A DNA stretch of 64,000 bases from Paragordius varius (lineage: Eukaryota; Animalia; Nematomorpha): assembly GCA_964247055.1 (NCBI GenBank), contig OZ176056.1, positions 3,720,001-3,784,000 of the forward strand, written 5' to 3'. The notes under the pieces were generated by a model. The model was not told where the DNA came from. It saw only the letters and a program-made list of their open reading frames with translations, and made no database searches. Made by a program: the position numbers and the translations under genes. Shown here in pieces: positions 23,401-35,215 of the stretch (its first letter is position 1; the number at the start of each line of letters is the position of its first letter).

Positions 23401-26400
23401 ATCAACGAATCTTTGAAGTAATTTTTTAATAAAGTTATAATTTAACTTAGCTATATAAGTGATTTAAACCAGTTTTTCTTTATTCACCCCTGAACATTTC
23501 AAATTCACCCCTTGAAATAGATTTTTTTAATAAACTTTGTATAAAATCAATATAGTTTAATAACTACGCCATAAATAAATATTTTATATCAGTTTTAGAT
23601 TGGCCACATTTATTTTAAGAGTAATTTATAAATCAGATGTGAATTACAAATGTTCGAGGTGAATTTAAAATGATTACGGTGGAATAGGTGTAAATGTTAT
23701 ATTATAAAATAAAGGTAAAATAAAAAAACACAATTTAATATAATAATCAATATATTCAAAATATAATTATTAAATCTTAATTATAGATATGAATATTAAT
23801 CTTTATAGTTTTAAACATATCACATATGTAAGTTTTCTTTTAAACAATTTTATTTGTCCTATTATTGTTTATTTATTTGATACGGTTAAAGTTTGTAAAG
23901 CATATTAGTTTACAATCCCTAAATATACATTTATGATATGTGGTAAGTTCAAAAAATTTGAAATCATCTATAATTGTTGATAAATCACTTTTAGCAAAAG
24001 TATACAAGTTGGTGTTAAATCGCTCAATTTACGATTTCAAAGTAAAAAAAGTACGGAAAACACTCGACAAAGATCTTTGAATAAACGTTTTCATAGTTTT
24101 GGTGTCATTGTACCTAAAAATAAGTCCTCTTTTTCACTATCTCAAGGACAGGCCAATGTACCCAACATTTTCTCTAAAACACATCATCGCGATCGCGACA
24201 TTAGCGGTAATATAAAGAAAAACCTTTGCAATGCGCAGGCAGCTACCAATAATAGTCATGATTTTTTACCTATCAATAATTTTGGGGCACTTCAAATAAA
24301 ACGAAATTTATTTACTAACAATAGCCATACCGCTGGTAAAAAGTCTTTATATAAACAACATCAAAAGGTACAACATAATAGTTTTACGACAGATAAAACG
24401 CGGTTTGATGACAGTTGCTCCATTTTGAATGATTCGCAAACATGGAAAAAGGCCTCAGGCCTAAAACAAAATATTGGCAATCGTAACACCTCTTTTAAAC
24501 GACATAAATCTTTCCATGGATTTGAAAATGGGTGTTGTGATACAATAATATCGGCATCTACACCCAATAAATTTGATGCCCTTTGCCAGCCTTCTTCAAA
24601 TGTGCATTTGATTGAAGGAGATGCCAAATCATTGGAGTTTTCACCGATTTTGCTAATGACCCCACCTTCGGTTAAACAAAAACATCAACACAAGACAAAT
24701 TTTGACATAACCTCTTTGAGCAGGAATGTGGTAGAAATCGTTAATGATTCTACAATCATACAGGGTTTGCTTTTTGAATAATATTTTATTTTATTCGATT
24801 CCCAAAAGATAAGGTGAAATATGTTTAAATTATGTATAAATTTAATTTACAAAATTGGTTGGATTTTGCTTTTTGCCGAATTAAATAAGATTGTGATATT
24901 TTAAAGTCATCATTTTCCAATACTCTTGCTGTCCTTACATTTACATTATAAATGTTAATTAAATTCCTCATAAAATAAAATAGGTTTTTATGGGATTAAT
25001 CTTAAATTTAGGTTAAACCTATATTTTAATAACTTATAAAAAATTATGTTCTTATTTCAAGTATTTTGGTTTTAATGTTTTACAAAAATTAGGTAATTTA
25101 AATATTATATTATTTAAATTAATTCGTAACAATATAAATGAATTACATTTTTGCTAAAAAGACATTCAATATATTTTTACTGTAACCCTGACCTTTAAGT
25201 CAAAACATACCGTAATGGTAAATAGGGTGATAAAATGTTTACGTTCTTTTAAGAGATATAAAATTCGATATTTAATAATTTTTGTTGGTTAATTATTTAC
25301 AGGTTCACTCCTCGATAAATCAACTTCTTCAGTGATGTTGAGAACTCCAAGTAAATTACCAGAGCTAATACATACTTTTGGTACACCGCACCATAAATCC
25401 ATTCTAAAAAACTCACCTATGGTTGTCTCAACTCCAAAAAAGTTAGATAATTGCATTACACCTGGGAAAAAATCTGTCACATTTTCGCCTCTATTCCTTT
25501 CTCCACTAAGTAATAACAAGAATGCATTACTAAAATGTGAAAATAGCATTAGCATTAAGCCTTCCACAGCAAAAGCTAGTTTATGGCAAAAACCGATACC
25601 AACCATACACAATAGACATGTTAATCAAATTAAAGATGCGCGGACAAGTATATATTATAAAATATAATCGGTTAATTTTCCTTTTTTTGTTTTAAATTAA
25701 TAAAGTAAAATTATAACCATTACGATTTATCTTTTACTATAATAATAATAACTTGATATATCCTAAGTATATACATATAATTAAACAATTTGAGTAATAT
25801 ACTTAGATATGACAGCTTTTTAAAATATTTTGATTTTAATAATTAAATGGTTTATTATGTATTAGTCATTGATGTATTAATAGATCAAAATAAATGATAT
25901 GTGATTTGATCGCGTTTGTAGTAACTAACATTCATTAAAATAGAAGAAAATAAAATTAATCGACAGATTTAGTTTTATTTAGAAATATGGTGACATAAAT
26001 TAATGATTTGATAAATTTTTACAATTATTCTCTCCCAAAATTTTGAAAGGGTTTTTATAGCTATAACATATTATAGTATATCTTGAAATGAACATATATT
26101 ATATACATCTAGTTTATATGAAAAACAACAAATGTTTGTAATTTTTTATGTGTTAAAGGTGAGAATCTTTCCGATGATCAATCTAATGTTTTATGTGTTA
26201 CGGAAACGCCTTCACCCAAACAAAGCTTACAAAAATTGTTGAAACAGGTCAAATTTTATCCCGAACACAGTTTTGAGGGAAAAGAGCGTTGTTATGTCAG
26301 TTCAACGCCATGCAATATTAATAAAATTAAAATTAATACAACTAAAATGGCTAAAATGTATACCCCAACTCCAATAGTTCAAAATTTAATTAGCAATCCT

Positions 26401-27397
26401 CAAACTCTACTATATGAAGATGGTGATTTATCAAACAAAAATGATAAAACCTTATTAAAGATTGAGAAAAACTCATTGGCAGACTTTGAAAAAGTAAATC
26501 ATTTTGAAGCTAAGCAAACAAAAATACCTCCCTTTTGCCCAAAACCTAACCAATTATCGCCCGTATTTAGCGGTCGTTTTATACGTCTAAATAAGCCTAA
26601 CGGTATGTCCTAAAAAGTTTTAATTTATTAAATATATAATGCTAATTTATTTGGTACAAAAGTTGAATTTATACAGACAAAATTTATGCATTAAAAGACA
26701 AACATTATTTTTAAAATACTTTTTTTAAGTAACCATGTAAATATAATTGATTATGTTACCAATTTACATGTCTATCACACTTTGCAGTCTAAAAAAGCGA
26801 GAAAAATCATTGTTAAAAAGTATAGTGATTTTTCAAAAAAACATTTGTACTAATGTTTTACATTTTGATTTAATTTAGACTGTAAATTAATTATTTGGCG
26901 TCTATAACCTACCAATATAATTTCTTACTTAAACGTTATTTGACATATTAATATATTTTATACCCAAATTAGATATATCTGAAAAAGCAGAGTGTTCAAC
27001 ATGTAATGTTTCCCCCTGCCGTACGCTAAAATCACCATCACGAAAAATTAAACCCGAAAATATTTCACTCTTATCCTATTCGCAATTATTAACAAATAGC
27101 AATCTTAACTCTTTTTCAAGTACCACAGATCAAAGTCAAAGTGATCACTCGTTAGAAATATCTAATGAGGCGGCCCTTATTAATGATAAATTGTATGAAA
27201 ATACCATAGCAAATCAAATTAATTCCAACAAAATGACTTATTCTATTGTTAATATTCAAGGTTTAACCCCTACGAAACTTAAGACTACTTTCGATACGAA
27301 TGCAAATAATGCAGAAAAATCAAACATTGCAAATCATATGTCAACAACCCCTGGGAAGCCCATTAAAATTCGTTTAAAAAGAGTTAACTCTCTGTAA
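18936..27397 (+). CDS. Large multi-exon protein, putative Treslin/TICRR-like replication initiation factor (helical core plus long S/T-P-rich tail); 5' end unresolved
   Basis: Phase-consistent GT-AG chain 20937..21058,21375..21516,21595..21677,22155..22359,22969..23417,23995..24764,25303..25647,26159..26602,26973..27397. Upstream block 18936(or 18988)..19139,19163..19260,19285..19366,19430..19774. The interval 19775-20936 is unresolved. YLRLRALLQ, RYHKSFPSLVRKICTFFQFNIP, KRNLF, KRHKSF and VTETP recall Treslin (from memory). The exons are well supported; the identity is less so. Confidence 0.6.
21921..22034. repeat. 38-bp tandem repeat, ~3 copies (intronic)
   Basis: Unit catgagtaaaaatacattttattcattaataatgctaa. 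Confidence 0.9.
23470..23695. mobile_element. Degenerate MITE family C
   Basis: ttcacccctgaacatttcaaattcacccc on the left, inverted gtgaatttaaaatg units on the right; matches 33442-33753. Confidence 0.55.
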
Positions 27398-28713
27398 TAC
27401 ATGTTATCATATAATTTATATTTATATAATATTTTTTTATACATAGTTAGACACACATTTAATAAATAATTTTATATTGATACTAAATAACATTATCATT
27501 AAGAAAAATATGCGCACATTTTTAGGAGTTATATGAATTTTATAATTGGTATTTATTAAAACAAATACTAAAAAATTTTGTTTAATTTGTTTTTTTTTCG
27601 CTTAAATCAGGGGTGTGCAACAAGTGATCCTCCGTTATGTTTTATGTGTCCAGTAAAACATCTCTAAAAAATATAATCAAGATTTGAATTAGGATAATTT
27701 AAATATTTTTTCCTTTAAAGCCAATTAAATTATTATTATTTTTTGTAATAAGTCCCTAAACTCATAAAAATTTTACTTATCAATTTTATAAACACCGTCG
27801 ATTCTTTGTTACATGCTTTTCTAAAAATAGAAGACCGTATAATGGTTTAAACAGTAAATAACTGTTTTAAAATCACTAGTAATTTAAATTATATGTTTTA
27901 AGCAATACCTTAAACCATTGTATGTTATTTAAAAAATATTTATGTTTTTGATTGGTTAATACATGTGTTCTCATTTTTATATGCGGCTCGTCTGATTTTT
28001 GACTCAAAAGTGCTTTCCATGAAGCCATTTATTTTGGGCTTACTTGTTTTGAAAATCATACTTGCGAATGACCTATTTTTCCTATAGCCTAATTTAAGGA
28101 TTTCTCAGACCAAAACGCTGTTGTTTAAAATTTTTTTAAATATTATTTTTACCATATTATATATATTGTCATAATTTTAATAATTTTATTAGGTTATAAA
28201 TTAATTTATATTATGCATTGAATTGTACGTAAACTATATTATATATTTTTCAAGGTTAAAATCAATACTGGTTCCAAATTTGTCGGTAAATATATCGAAT
28301 ATCATTTTTTAACGTTGGAAAGCAAGCAAAGTTTTAAAACTATAAAAAGCGTTTTTTAATGTAACCTACTTATTGGTTTTGGCGAAGTTTTAAGGTTAAT
28401 TTTATCCAAAAGGGATTGGGTACTCTCATTTTTGATTTAAAAAAGAAAAAAAAATATTTTTATTTATTCTTTTTTTTGAAAAAAAACTATTTAAAAATAT
28501 TCAAGTAACAAAATGCGATTATTATCCGGAACATTTACTTTTACAACCTTTATGATATTTGTGGTAAATTTAGGCCACGTTCATGGTATGATTTTAATTC
28601 TTATTTTATTATAAATATTACGTTTCTTCTTCACATAAAAAAAGTTTTTAACAGTCAGGCAATATGCAAAAAACCGCATTTATACATCTTTTCTTAAAAA
28701 TCATTGCGTATTA

Positions 28714-28906
28714 CAGTCAGGTATCCTTTAAAAAATTTATTTTCTTTCGTTAAATGGGTATAAATGTTTGTGAACAAGAGCTCTATGGTATTAATATATC
28801 AGATTCATCAAAAAAGTATAAGAAACACCATAGAGCTCTTGTTTATCCATTCTTTACCAAATATTTATACCCATTTAACGAAAAAAAAATTAAGGATACA
28901 TGACTG
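28714..28906. mobile_element. Hairpin MITE, Tc1/mariner-like termini (TA|CAGTCA)
   Basis: Inverted arms cagtcaggtatcctt..ttcgttaaatgggtataaat..aacaagagctctatggt versus accatagagctcttgtt..atttatacccatttaacgaa..aaggatacatgactg. Confidence 0.75.
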
Positions 28907-29277
28907 TCTATAAATGATAAATTTTTAATTTAAAAGTTACATTTTTATATAAACTATAAAAAAATCAGAGCGTCCCATTTATTTATATTAACTAACAAAA
29001 CATATATTTAAACAATATTTGCATTAGCGGTACTATTCACATAATTATATGTATATCATTTAAGCCGAAAAATTAATTTTTTAGGTTTAATCGCATTTAT
29101 ATTTACACAAATCCAGCATTAATTTTTTCCTGATGGAGGCGTTAAAATGCAATGACTGGCTAATAGAGATTTGTTAAAAAACATGTAAAAAAATTTAGGA
29201 AAAGATATACCTTTGAATTTATCAAAGCGTTGTTCTAGATTAACAGACATACATTTTTATGTTATTGAAAAAATTAG

Positions 29278-29661
29278 GAGATTGTCGTATTTTACTGCCT
29301 GGTTTTGTGTTAACTCCACCCCTGGGCCCACTCACTATAAAGGGAACGAGGATAATCAATTTTAAAAGTATTGGCGCTGGATGTGATGTTAATGCTGCCA
29401 TTGAAATGCCCCTGGATGCCTCAGCAAGTTAGTATTAGAAACTAACTTGGTCTACTTTATTTACCATTTAACATTTACTCTTTAACATCTGTATACCTTA
29501 TTTTAGCATTTCAATTGGTTAATGCGTTCGTTGATTTATCCAAAGATGGTATAGGAGGTTCTATCCCTGGATTAACAGTTACATTATTGCCTGCCAAACC
29601 AAATTATTTGATTTTCAGAATGATTTTAACAAATCTTCTCAATTCCACCTTAAAATTTAGG
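29278..29661 (+). CDS. Two putative exons of an unidentified gene
   Basis: 29278..29427 and 29507..29661 join in phase across a 79-nt GT-AG intron to give DCRILLPGFVLTPPLGPLTIKGTRIINFKSIGAGCDVNAAIEMPLDASATFQLVNAFVDLSKDGIGGSIPGLTVTLLPAKPNYLIFRMILTNLLNSTLKFR. GC is higher than the flanks. No family recognised; first and last exons not found. Confidence 0.5.
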
Positions 29662-30434
29662 GTAACATTTAGTCAATTTTAATGAGATCGGCAAATTTAG
29701 CCTCCCTTTCATAAAAAGAAGTTAATTAATTTTTTTGAACAATTAAAAAAACATTTTTAATACAAACCATTATATTCCAATTGCATCCAAGTTGGTCTTT
29801 AAACTTCTTTAAATTTGAAACCATAATTTTGGCATGTTTTTTTTTTTTATTTTCTGACTTTTTTTCATATATTTATTTTTTTAATAAAAATTTTTAATTA
29901 AACACCTTTTTTCTGCCAGTAAACTATATTTAATTAAGCGTTAAGGAATTTAGGAAAAGTATTTCAAAATGTTTTGTTAAATATTTGTATGAAACATACA
30001 ATAATAAAAAGGAAAATATAACCCATCACATTCTGAGAGTTTAAGATTTTTCTGTTTCAAAATTGATTTTTTAAATTGTTAAAAAAAATCACGGACACAA
30101 TGTTCAATGCATTCTTGTTTTTTATATTCACCTCAAAATGCCGTTTCTAAAACATATCGGATAAAAATATTTTAACTGAAAACTAATTATGTGATCTCTG
30201 GAATTAACATTAAACACAAGTAAAAATTAAAATGACATAAGTAATTTTAGATATAACAACCTCAACTGGACCCTTAATCCACGATTGGTTTGCTAACACA
30301 ACTAATTTAGGATTTACATTTTAATGGGTGCGAAAATTTGTATGATGCAATAATTATTGAGTTTTCAGGGCTCAAACTAGATCCCGGTTAGTTTGGAAAA
30401 TGGTGGTTTTAAGACATTAGTGATATAGTTGTTT

Positions 30435-31275
30435 TTATAAAATCAAAAATCGCGTTTTTCATTTTGCATAATTAAGACAATAACTTATTAAACTATACTT
30501 AATAATGTTTTTTAATTATTTAATAGCTAAACTAACTAAAAATCTTAACAGTCATATATCATTCAGTAAAAAATTATATATCAAAATAAAACAAAAATAT
30601 TGTTTTTTTTTCATTTTTTGTCATCTGGTTTATGAGTGTTTAAAAATTTACTGTTTTATTTCGGAATCTCATGAGAAAGTATCACAAAGTAAATAAATTT
30701 ATGCAAAAAAGAATTAAAAAGTAGGGGAATAACCAACATTCCAACAGGTTTGTTTTAACATAAATTTTACCTAGATTTGTATGGATTTTGGTTAATATTT
30801 CTTTAGAATCCTATATTTTTGTATTAATATTTATATTTAATTACCATATAATCCAAAATAAAACAGTAAATTTTTTCACTCATAAACCAGATGACAAAAA
30901 AAGGAAATAAAACAAATTTTTTTTAGTTTTATTTATAAGTTTTTTCTGAATAAAATATAAATGTTAAGATTTAATAGTTAGTTAGCTAATAAATAATTAA
31001 AAAAAATATTTTAATATAGTTTCAAAAAATTTGGACCTAAGTATGTATAAAGAAAAACGCGATTTTTTGATCTAAGTTTTAATATAATCCCAACTATATG
31101 ATTTTAGGCTATTTATAGATTATAATTATCAGATCAAATAATAATAAAACTTATCTCAAGTTGCCAATTTTTGATTTTCTCCATATTTCAAAAACCAGGT
31201 CGTCAACAAATAAAAATTTTTGCGGCAAAATTCTTTTGTTATAAGCTATCTCATGAAAAAAATTCACACACAGTG
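30435..31275. mobile_element. Foldback family A, copy 3 (left arm truncated)
   Basis: Inverted arms tttttgtcatctggttt / aaaccagatgacaaaaa; ends CACACAGTG followed by TA. Confidence 0.8.
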
Positions 31276-31316
31276 TATTAAACAAAAATTTTAAAGCATT
31301 ATTTCATATCTTACCA

Positions 31317-31785
31317 CTTGATGGCCTTTCACTTTTCTGTTTGCGATGACATATTGAGGTAGTTTTATATCCCAGAGCTCTTTATAATTAAACCACTGTT
31401 TTGAAAAATATTTTAGTTAAAATTTAATTATCAAACATTGTTGGAACAACTCCAAAACACGATTGAATTAAACAGCTGGTTATAAAATCGTTAAATATCA
31501 GGTTTTTGCTGATAAAATGTAATTTGAAAACTTACTAAGTCAATTATTTATATTTTTTAGCTATAATTTATTTGCCTATTGTTTTAGCGATTGAAAAAAA
31601 ATTAAAATGGCGGCGAAAGAGTATGAGGGGAGGATTTTTGGACAATTTTACATTTTAAAAAAATTATACCAGCACCTTAAAAGCTAAAGAAAGCATATTC
31701 GGCCTAAACGCTTAAATACCTTAAAAGTATTCGACTCTCAATTACTCTGCGATATAAAACTACCCTAAAAGGCCATGAAGTGTCA
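31317..31785. mobile_element. Dispersed MITE-like family G
   Basis: Inverted ends cacttgatggccttt / aaaaggccatgaagtg and internal aaaatggcggc motif. Related segments at ~37120-37530 and, reverse-complemented, ~53350-53580. Confidence 0.55.
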
Positions 31786-32689
31786 ATTGTATTAAGATGT
31801 GAAATTTGGTTACAAAACCTAAAAGTCAATTAATAATTTATTATTTAGTCATCAGCTTATATTAAATATAATTTTGCTAAAACCCACCGATATTCGATTT
31901 ATTAAATATATTAGCAAAATAATATATTAACTTTATTCAGCCTATTAGATACGCTATTGTCTTAAATTTATTTACCCCTCCAAAATAGGGAATTTACCAA
32001 AGGCAAAAGAGGAGCAGCAATTTTTAATTATAGCTATTAAAATTATAAATATTAATTTTTGAAAAATGCATAAAAATATGATTTTTATTGCTTTAACAGC
32101 GAATCTATACTTTTTATACTAAGGATTTATACAATATTTGCCTTATTTAAATTATTTATACATATAGACATCACAACGTAGCTCTCAACAAACAATCATA
32201 CTCTTCCGGTATATTTAATCATTATAATTATTCAATTTATTTAAATTATGTTAACTTTTATATTTCTATTCCTTTTGCAGTCAATTGGGTCCAAGTCCAC
32301 CGAATTGCTCAAATTATTTGAACTACTAAAATAAATTAAACGGTTTGCATTGTATTTTATTAATCATAAATGAAACCTCGAGATTATTAATTAACTCAAG
32401 TAGAAATTTTAATGTGATGAAAAATTCTGAGTCTTTAGTGTCATTCACTTGGATTAAAATTGTCCAACAGAGATGGCTTCGCACGGATTTTTGAATCAAA
32501 AAACACTGAGAGCCGATATATATTGGCCCTCATAAATATATTAGATTTCAAACATAGAAATGTAAAATGCAAACATAATATAACAAATTTTTTAGTTTGT
32601 TACCAATCGGATTAACTTATTCATAAAATTTGTTTAAGAAACATAAATTTTAACGAGATTTTGTGAACATATGTTTGAAAATTTTGCAC

Positions 32690-32765
32690 TTCCGAATTTG
32701 CGCGGGTCAACAAAATGTCTTAGAGGGCCACATGCGGCTCGTATGCCGTGTGTAGGAGACCACTG
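32690..32765. mobile_element. Isolated hAT (Charlie-like) terminal fragment
   Basis: gggccacatgcggctcgtatgccgtgtgtaggagaccactg resembles the right end at 18770-18806. Confidence 0.55.
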
Positions 32766-32789
32766 AATTAGATTTATTAAAATATGACT

Positions 32790-33110
32790 GCTTAATTACA
32801 AAATACCACTCTTAAACTAGTCCTATCACTTCACTTAACTTATTGGAATTCTTCGAAGAATCCCATCATAAGTAAATAAAAAATACCATTCAGGTACAAT
32901 ATGAGGAGGTGTTAATAGAGGATTAGCCTCAATAAAATTTACAACGTCTGTAAAAATATCAGGAGTTTATAATACTAGCATTAAAGCAGAAAAGCGGAGT
33001 AGTAAACCTACAATATCCACGAAAATTTAGAGTAAAAAGAGAAGAGAAATGTTGGAAGGCAATCCTAAGGGGTTATTTTTACCGCGTTAAAGATGCATAA
33101 ATGTAAAAAA
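32790..33110 (-). pseudogene. cob: NUMT: decayed mitochondrial cytochrome b fragment
   Basis: Minus strand reads GKNNPLGLPSN...[42 protein letters not shown] (PEWY motif). RSIP requires AGA=Ser, as in the invertebrate mitochondrial code. Contains stops and frameshifts. Confidence 0.9.
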
Positions 33111-33441
33111 AACAAATCAGGCTGTTTATATTTTACTTATGCAAAACGCTAAAAATTACCGTATCTTGTTTGTTTAAAACAGTCAAAATCGGAATGGTAC
33201 TAATATATTGTGGCGAAATTTATTTTGAAAAATGCTTAAGAATATTCATGGATCTTTTGGTGTCGCCTTAAGTGTATTTAAAAATTATTACCATTTTTAT
33301 TGTATTTGTTCCTATCAAATATCGTTTTACATACCCTATGTCACCTAAAACTTATGCCCCCCTTATTTTCGCCAAATTTTATGCGCACAATCAACTCTTG
33401 GCAAGCTAAATGACAAAAATTATCATCATTATATCATAAAA

Positions 33442-33753
33442 TATACGATTTACACTCAAATTCACCCTTAAACAATTCAAATTCACCCTCACCCTAAAAT
33501 AAATTGTGTTTTTTTAGATTAAATACTACCTATATTTTTTTATATTTTTAAAAAATGAAAGTTTGTTTGAAATTATAATAATACTGAAAAAATATAAACT
33601 AAGCCATAAAGATATATTTCGCATAATGAGTCTTATTAATCCGAAAACACATAATGTTTTTAGGGTGAATTTGAATTGTTCAAGGGTGAATTTGAATTGT
33701 TCGAGGAGGGAATTTAAATTGTTCAAGGGTGGATTTGATTTGTAAATGGTATA
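33442..33753. mobile_element. MITE family C (TATACCATTTACA terminus, 21-bp aattcacccttgaacaattca arrays)
   Basis: Inverted 21-bp unit arrays at both ends; right terminus ttgtaaatggtata. Confidence 0.75.
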
Positions 33754-34962
33754 ATTTAACAAAACATATTTCTATAATTTTTAGATGTCGGCTCTAAAAT
33801 CTTAAATTTTTAATCACAACGAAAATGTGGGCCAGTATGTTAAAATAAACGTAAAATGCCGATAATTTGTGATAAGTTATCTAATATATGGTAACTATAT
33901 TATAATAAAAATAAAAACTATAATTAGTTGAAAAATTTAATTTTTGTCAAAATTTGAGGAAGCGTTGCTTATTATAGTTTTAAACATGTCTAAGGGTGGA
34001 CACTTCAAATATAAAGATGCTGAACAGAAATTATAAAAAATGTTTTTTAATGTCTTGGCCACGAACATATGTGCTTAATAAAATGGCTTCTAAAGAAAAC
34101 ATTTTAGACATCAGCTTCATTAAAATATATCAACATAGACCGAAAAAATAATTTAACCCTTCAAAAATCAATCATATTTGAATTGAACATTATTCTTAAT
34201 AAATAACTTGAACACTTGGATATAAAATATAATAATTAAATATACCAAGATTCTAAATAAGATATTTTTCCAAATTATAATTTTTGGTATCTTGGAATTT
34301 AGGCGAGTAACACAGAATGTCGCAGAAAGCTACATGTAGGACAGCTCTTATTTAGTATATATTGAAAATTATCATTGTTAAATCCCAACAAACCCAGATT
34401 CCTGATTATTAAAAATTAAAAGAATGATTGCACCAAGTAATTTAGTCGTATTTTTCCTATTTTAGGAAAAATGGTCGTTTATATTAGATTTTAATATATT
34501 AATTTTTGGCTTTCCAGACTATCAATCTGCAATGATATTATAACATTTTTATACATGAGGTAAAATGAATGAAAATAACAATATGGCTGCATACAAACAC
34601 AATTGATAATTTATTATCGAACTCAAAGCTGTCAGTTGTGGTATATGCAATAAAATAATTATAATCCTCTTTGGAATAGCCGAGTACCCATAAAGAGTTT
34701 ACCGATTAATATAATATTAAACGCTTTCTTTTTGATTTGGACAAGATATAAGTATGCATATATATGGCGGCGATACTCATCAAATCGCTGGTCCCCTTTA
34801 ATTTTTTCACAACGTATTACGTATATTTAACTATACATATATAAAGCTTAATTTAATTATCAAATTATATGAAATGGCGCGATCCTTAATTTTTTCTTGG
34901 CATTTATTCATACAAATATTTTGTAACATTAAAATATTTTTACGAAATCTCTGGCTAGAATA

Positions 34963-35074
34963 TATACCATTTTTCGGTCAAAACCATTTTTAATTTGGAT
35001 GAAAAATATTGCGTTTGATTGAAAATATGATGGGTTTGGTTGAAAAGTGCTGCTTTTGACTGAAATATGGTATA
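34963..35074. mobile_element. Complete mini MITE, family D
   Basis: tataccatttttcggtcaaaa ... ttttgactgaaatatggtata. Confidence 0.75.
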
Positions 35075-35170
35075 TCAGTTAGAGGAGGTCATGAGGCCAG
35101 TGGGTCGTATGAGTTTCACTGTCATACTCATTTTTCCGCTATTTGATTATAGCTGCGCTATAGTTTAGAG

Positions 35171-35215
35171 CAGGGGTGTGCAACATAAATAGCTTCGCGG
35201 GCCGTATTTTTTGAT
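35171..35215 (+). mobile_element. hAT-type left terminus (same family as the reverse copy ending at 63622)
   Basis: caggggtgtgcaacataaatagcttcgcgggccgtatttt matches the reverse complement of ~63575-63622 (caggattgcccaacatagatggtttcgcggatcgtatttt). Confidence 0.55.

Noticed and set aside
33526-33762. CRISPR-like or coding reading of the 21-bp repeats (also ORFs 33563..33745 and 57780..58001)
   Set aside because: Units are directly tandem with no unique spacers, occur as inverted pairs in MITEs, and there are no cas genes. The 7-aa repeats (EQFKFTL) are a by-product.
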